A stretch of 37,146 nucleotides of DNA from Candidatus Hodarchaeota archaeon (GTDB lineage Archaea > Asgardarchaeota > Heimdallarchaeia > Hodarchaeales > Hodarchaeaceae): assembly GCA_016839785.1 (NCBI GenBank), contig JAEOTQ010000236.1:1-37146 (forward strand), written 5' to 3'. Within the stretch, counting starts at the first letter, position 1. Every line of letters starts with the position of its first letter. A model generated the notes under the pieces. That model ran no database searches. It saw only the letters and a program-made list of their open reading frames with translations, and was not told where the DNA came from. The translations under genes and the position numbers were made by a program. Positions 36,291 to 37,146 of this stretch are shown here, in pieces.

Positions 36291-37022
36291 ATGGCAGGTT
36301 CGCGTGCTATTGCGGTAAAAGTATCTGATGTTCACCGAGAATTCCAAATTGGTGATATATCAATAAAAGCCCTTCGTGGAATTAATATGTCAGTCTATGA
36401 AGGTGAATTTGTAGTTGTTTTAGGTCCTAGTGGATCTGGTAAAACCACTTTACTCAATCAGATAGGTGGAATTGATTCACCGACAGATGGAGAAGTCAAA
36501 GTACGTAATGAAGATATCACGGAATGGAGTGGTGGAAAACTCTCTGAATATCGTCGAAACAAAGTTGGTTGGATATTTCAATTCTTTAACTTAATCCCAT
36601 CATTAAGAGCCTGGGAGAATGTTGCCCTTGCTCTAGAGTTCAAGGGAGATAGGAAGGATATAAAATCGGTTGCCTGCGAAATGCTTGATGCAGTTGGACT
36701 AGGTGACAAAATTGATCGTTTTCCCAGTCAGCTCTCAGGTGGTGAACAACAACGAGTGGCTATTGCTCGTGCATTAGTTAAAAATCCGGAAATTATCGTC
36801 GCTGATGAACCCACAGGAAATCTTGATTTTATTACAGGACAAAAGATTGCAGATCTAATGAAAAAACTTAATGAGAAATTTGGGGGAACATTTATTGTTG
36901 TTTCACATGACCTAAGTATAACTGAAAAGGCTGATCGAGTTTTTCATTTACAGGATGGTCAAATTGTATCAGTTGATGAAACCCCCTCGGTAGGTAACTT
37001 CAAGAAGGTGCAGGAAAATTGA
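36291..37022 (+). CDS. ABC ATP-binding protein, LolD/MacB type
   Basis: [24 protein letters not shown] and VSH. Confidence 0.95.
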   Translation: MAGSRAIAVKVSDVHREFQIGDISIKALRGINMSVYEGEFVVVLGPSGSGKTTLLNQIGGIDSPTDGEVKVRNEDITEWSGGKLSEYRRNKVGWIFQFFNLIPSLRAWENVALALEFKGDRKDIKSVACEMLDAVGLGDKIDRFPSQLSGGEQQRVAIARALVKNPEIIVADEPTGNLDFITGQKIADLMKKLNEKFGGTFIVVSHDLSITEKADRVFHLQDGQIVSVDETPSVGNFKKVQEN

Positions 37023-37146
37023 AACTCCTTACCAAGAAAATTTTTCGAGAAATTCGACTAAATAAATTTCGTTCTGTTGTTATTATACTCACTGTAACCA
37101 TAACCATTGCTTTAGGCATTGGTTTACTTAATATCAAAGAATCTTA
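37019..37146 (+). CDS. FtsX-type ABC permease, N-terminus only (partial; not in the ORF track)
   Basis: TTG at 37019 overlaps the ATPase stop: [42 protein letters not shown]..., typical of a permease N-terminus. Confidence 0.75.
   Translation, partial: MKLLTKKIFREIRLNKFRSVVIILTVTITIALGIGLLNIKES

Noticed and set aside
1-37146. tRNA, rRNA, IS elements, integrases, prophage or defence genes
   Set aside because: No GC-rich structured RNA stretches, terminal inverted repeats or relevant protein motifs were seen by eye.

Overview
A gene-dense, AT-rich archaeal chromosomal segment, most likely from an Asgard archaeon (Heimdallarchaeia/Hodarchaeales-like). This assignment is an inference from BRE-TATA promoters, GGTGA Shine-Dalgarno motifs, a Rab-like GTPase fragment and a eukaryote-like CNDP2/Dug1 peptidase. 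The left ~15 kb is accessory stress, redox and lipid metabolism: a partial iron-sulfur flavoprotein, a PadR-Zn-ribbon / HAAS membrane protein / MDR reductase / rhodanese-TusA operon, a DAG-kinase fused to a membrane domain, a second MDR, flavodoxin, a stand-alone HHxxxDG condensation acyltransferase facing a duplicated GbsR-type regulator, a secreted M1 peptidase, an amidohydrolase and a nitroreductase. The middle holds a second PadR-HAAS(RDD) operon with a large FtsX/MacB-type permease and two ABC ATPases, one carrying an unexplained ~385-aa N-terminal domain. It is followed by a Dug1/CNDP2-like dipeptidase and two tandem paralogous unknown proteins. The right part is central carbon metabolism (CoA-transferase-GNAT fusion, FAD/Fe-S 2-hydroxyacid dehydrogenase, sucCD, two-subunit fumarase), then a truncated small GTPase and the start of another ABC operon. 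I saw no rRNA, tRNA, CRISPR array or mobile element. All family calls come from motif recognition by eye, not database searches.
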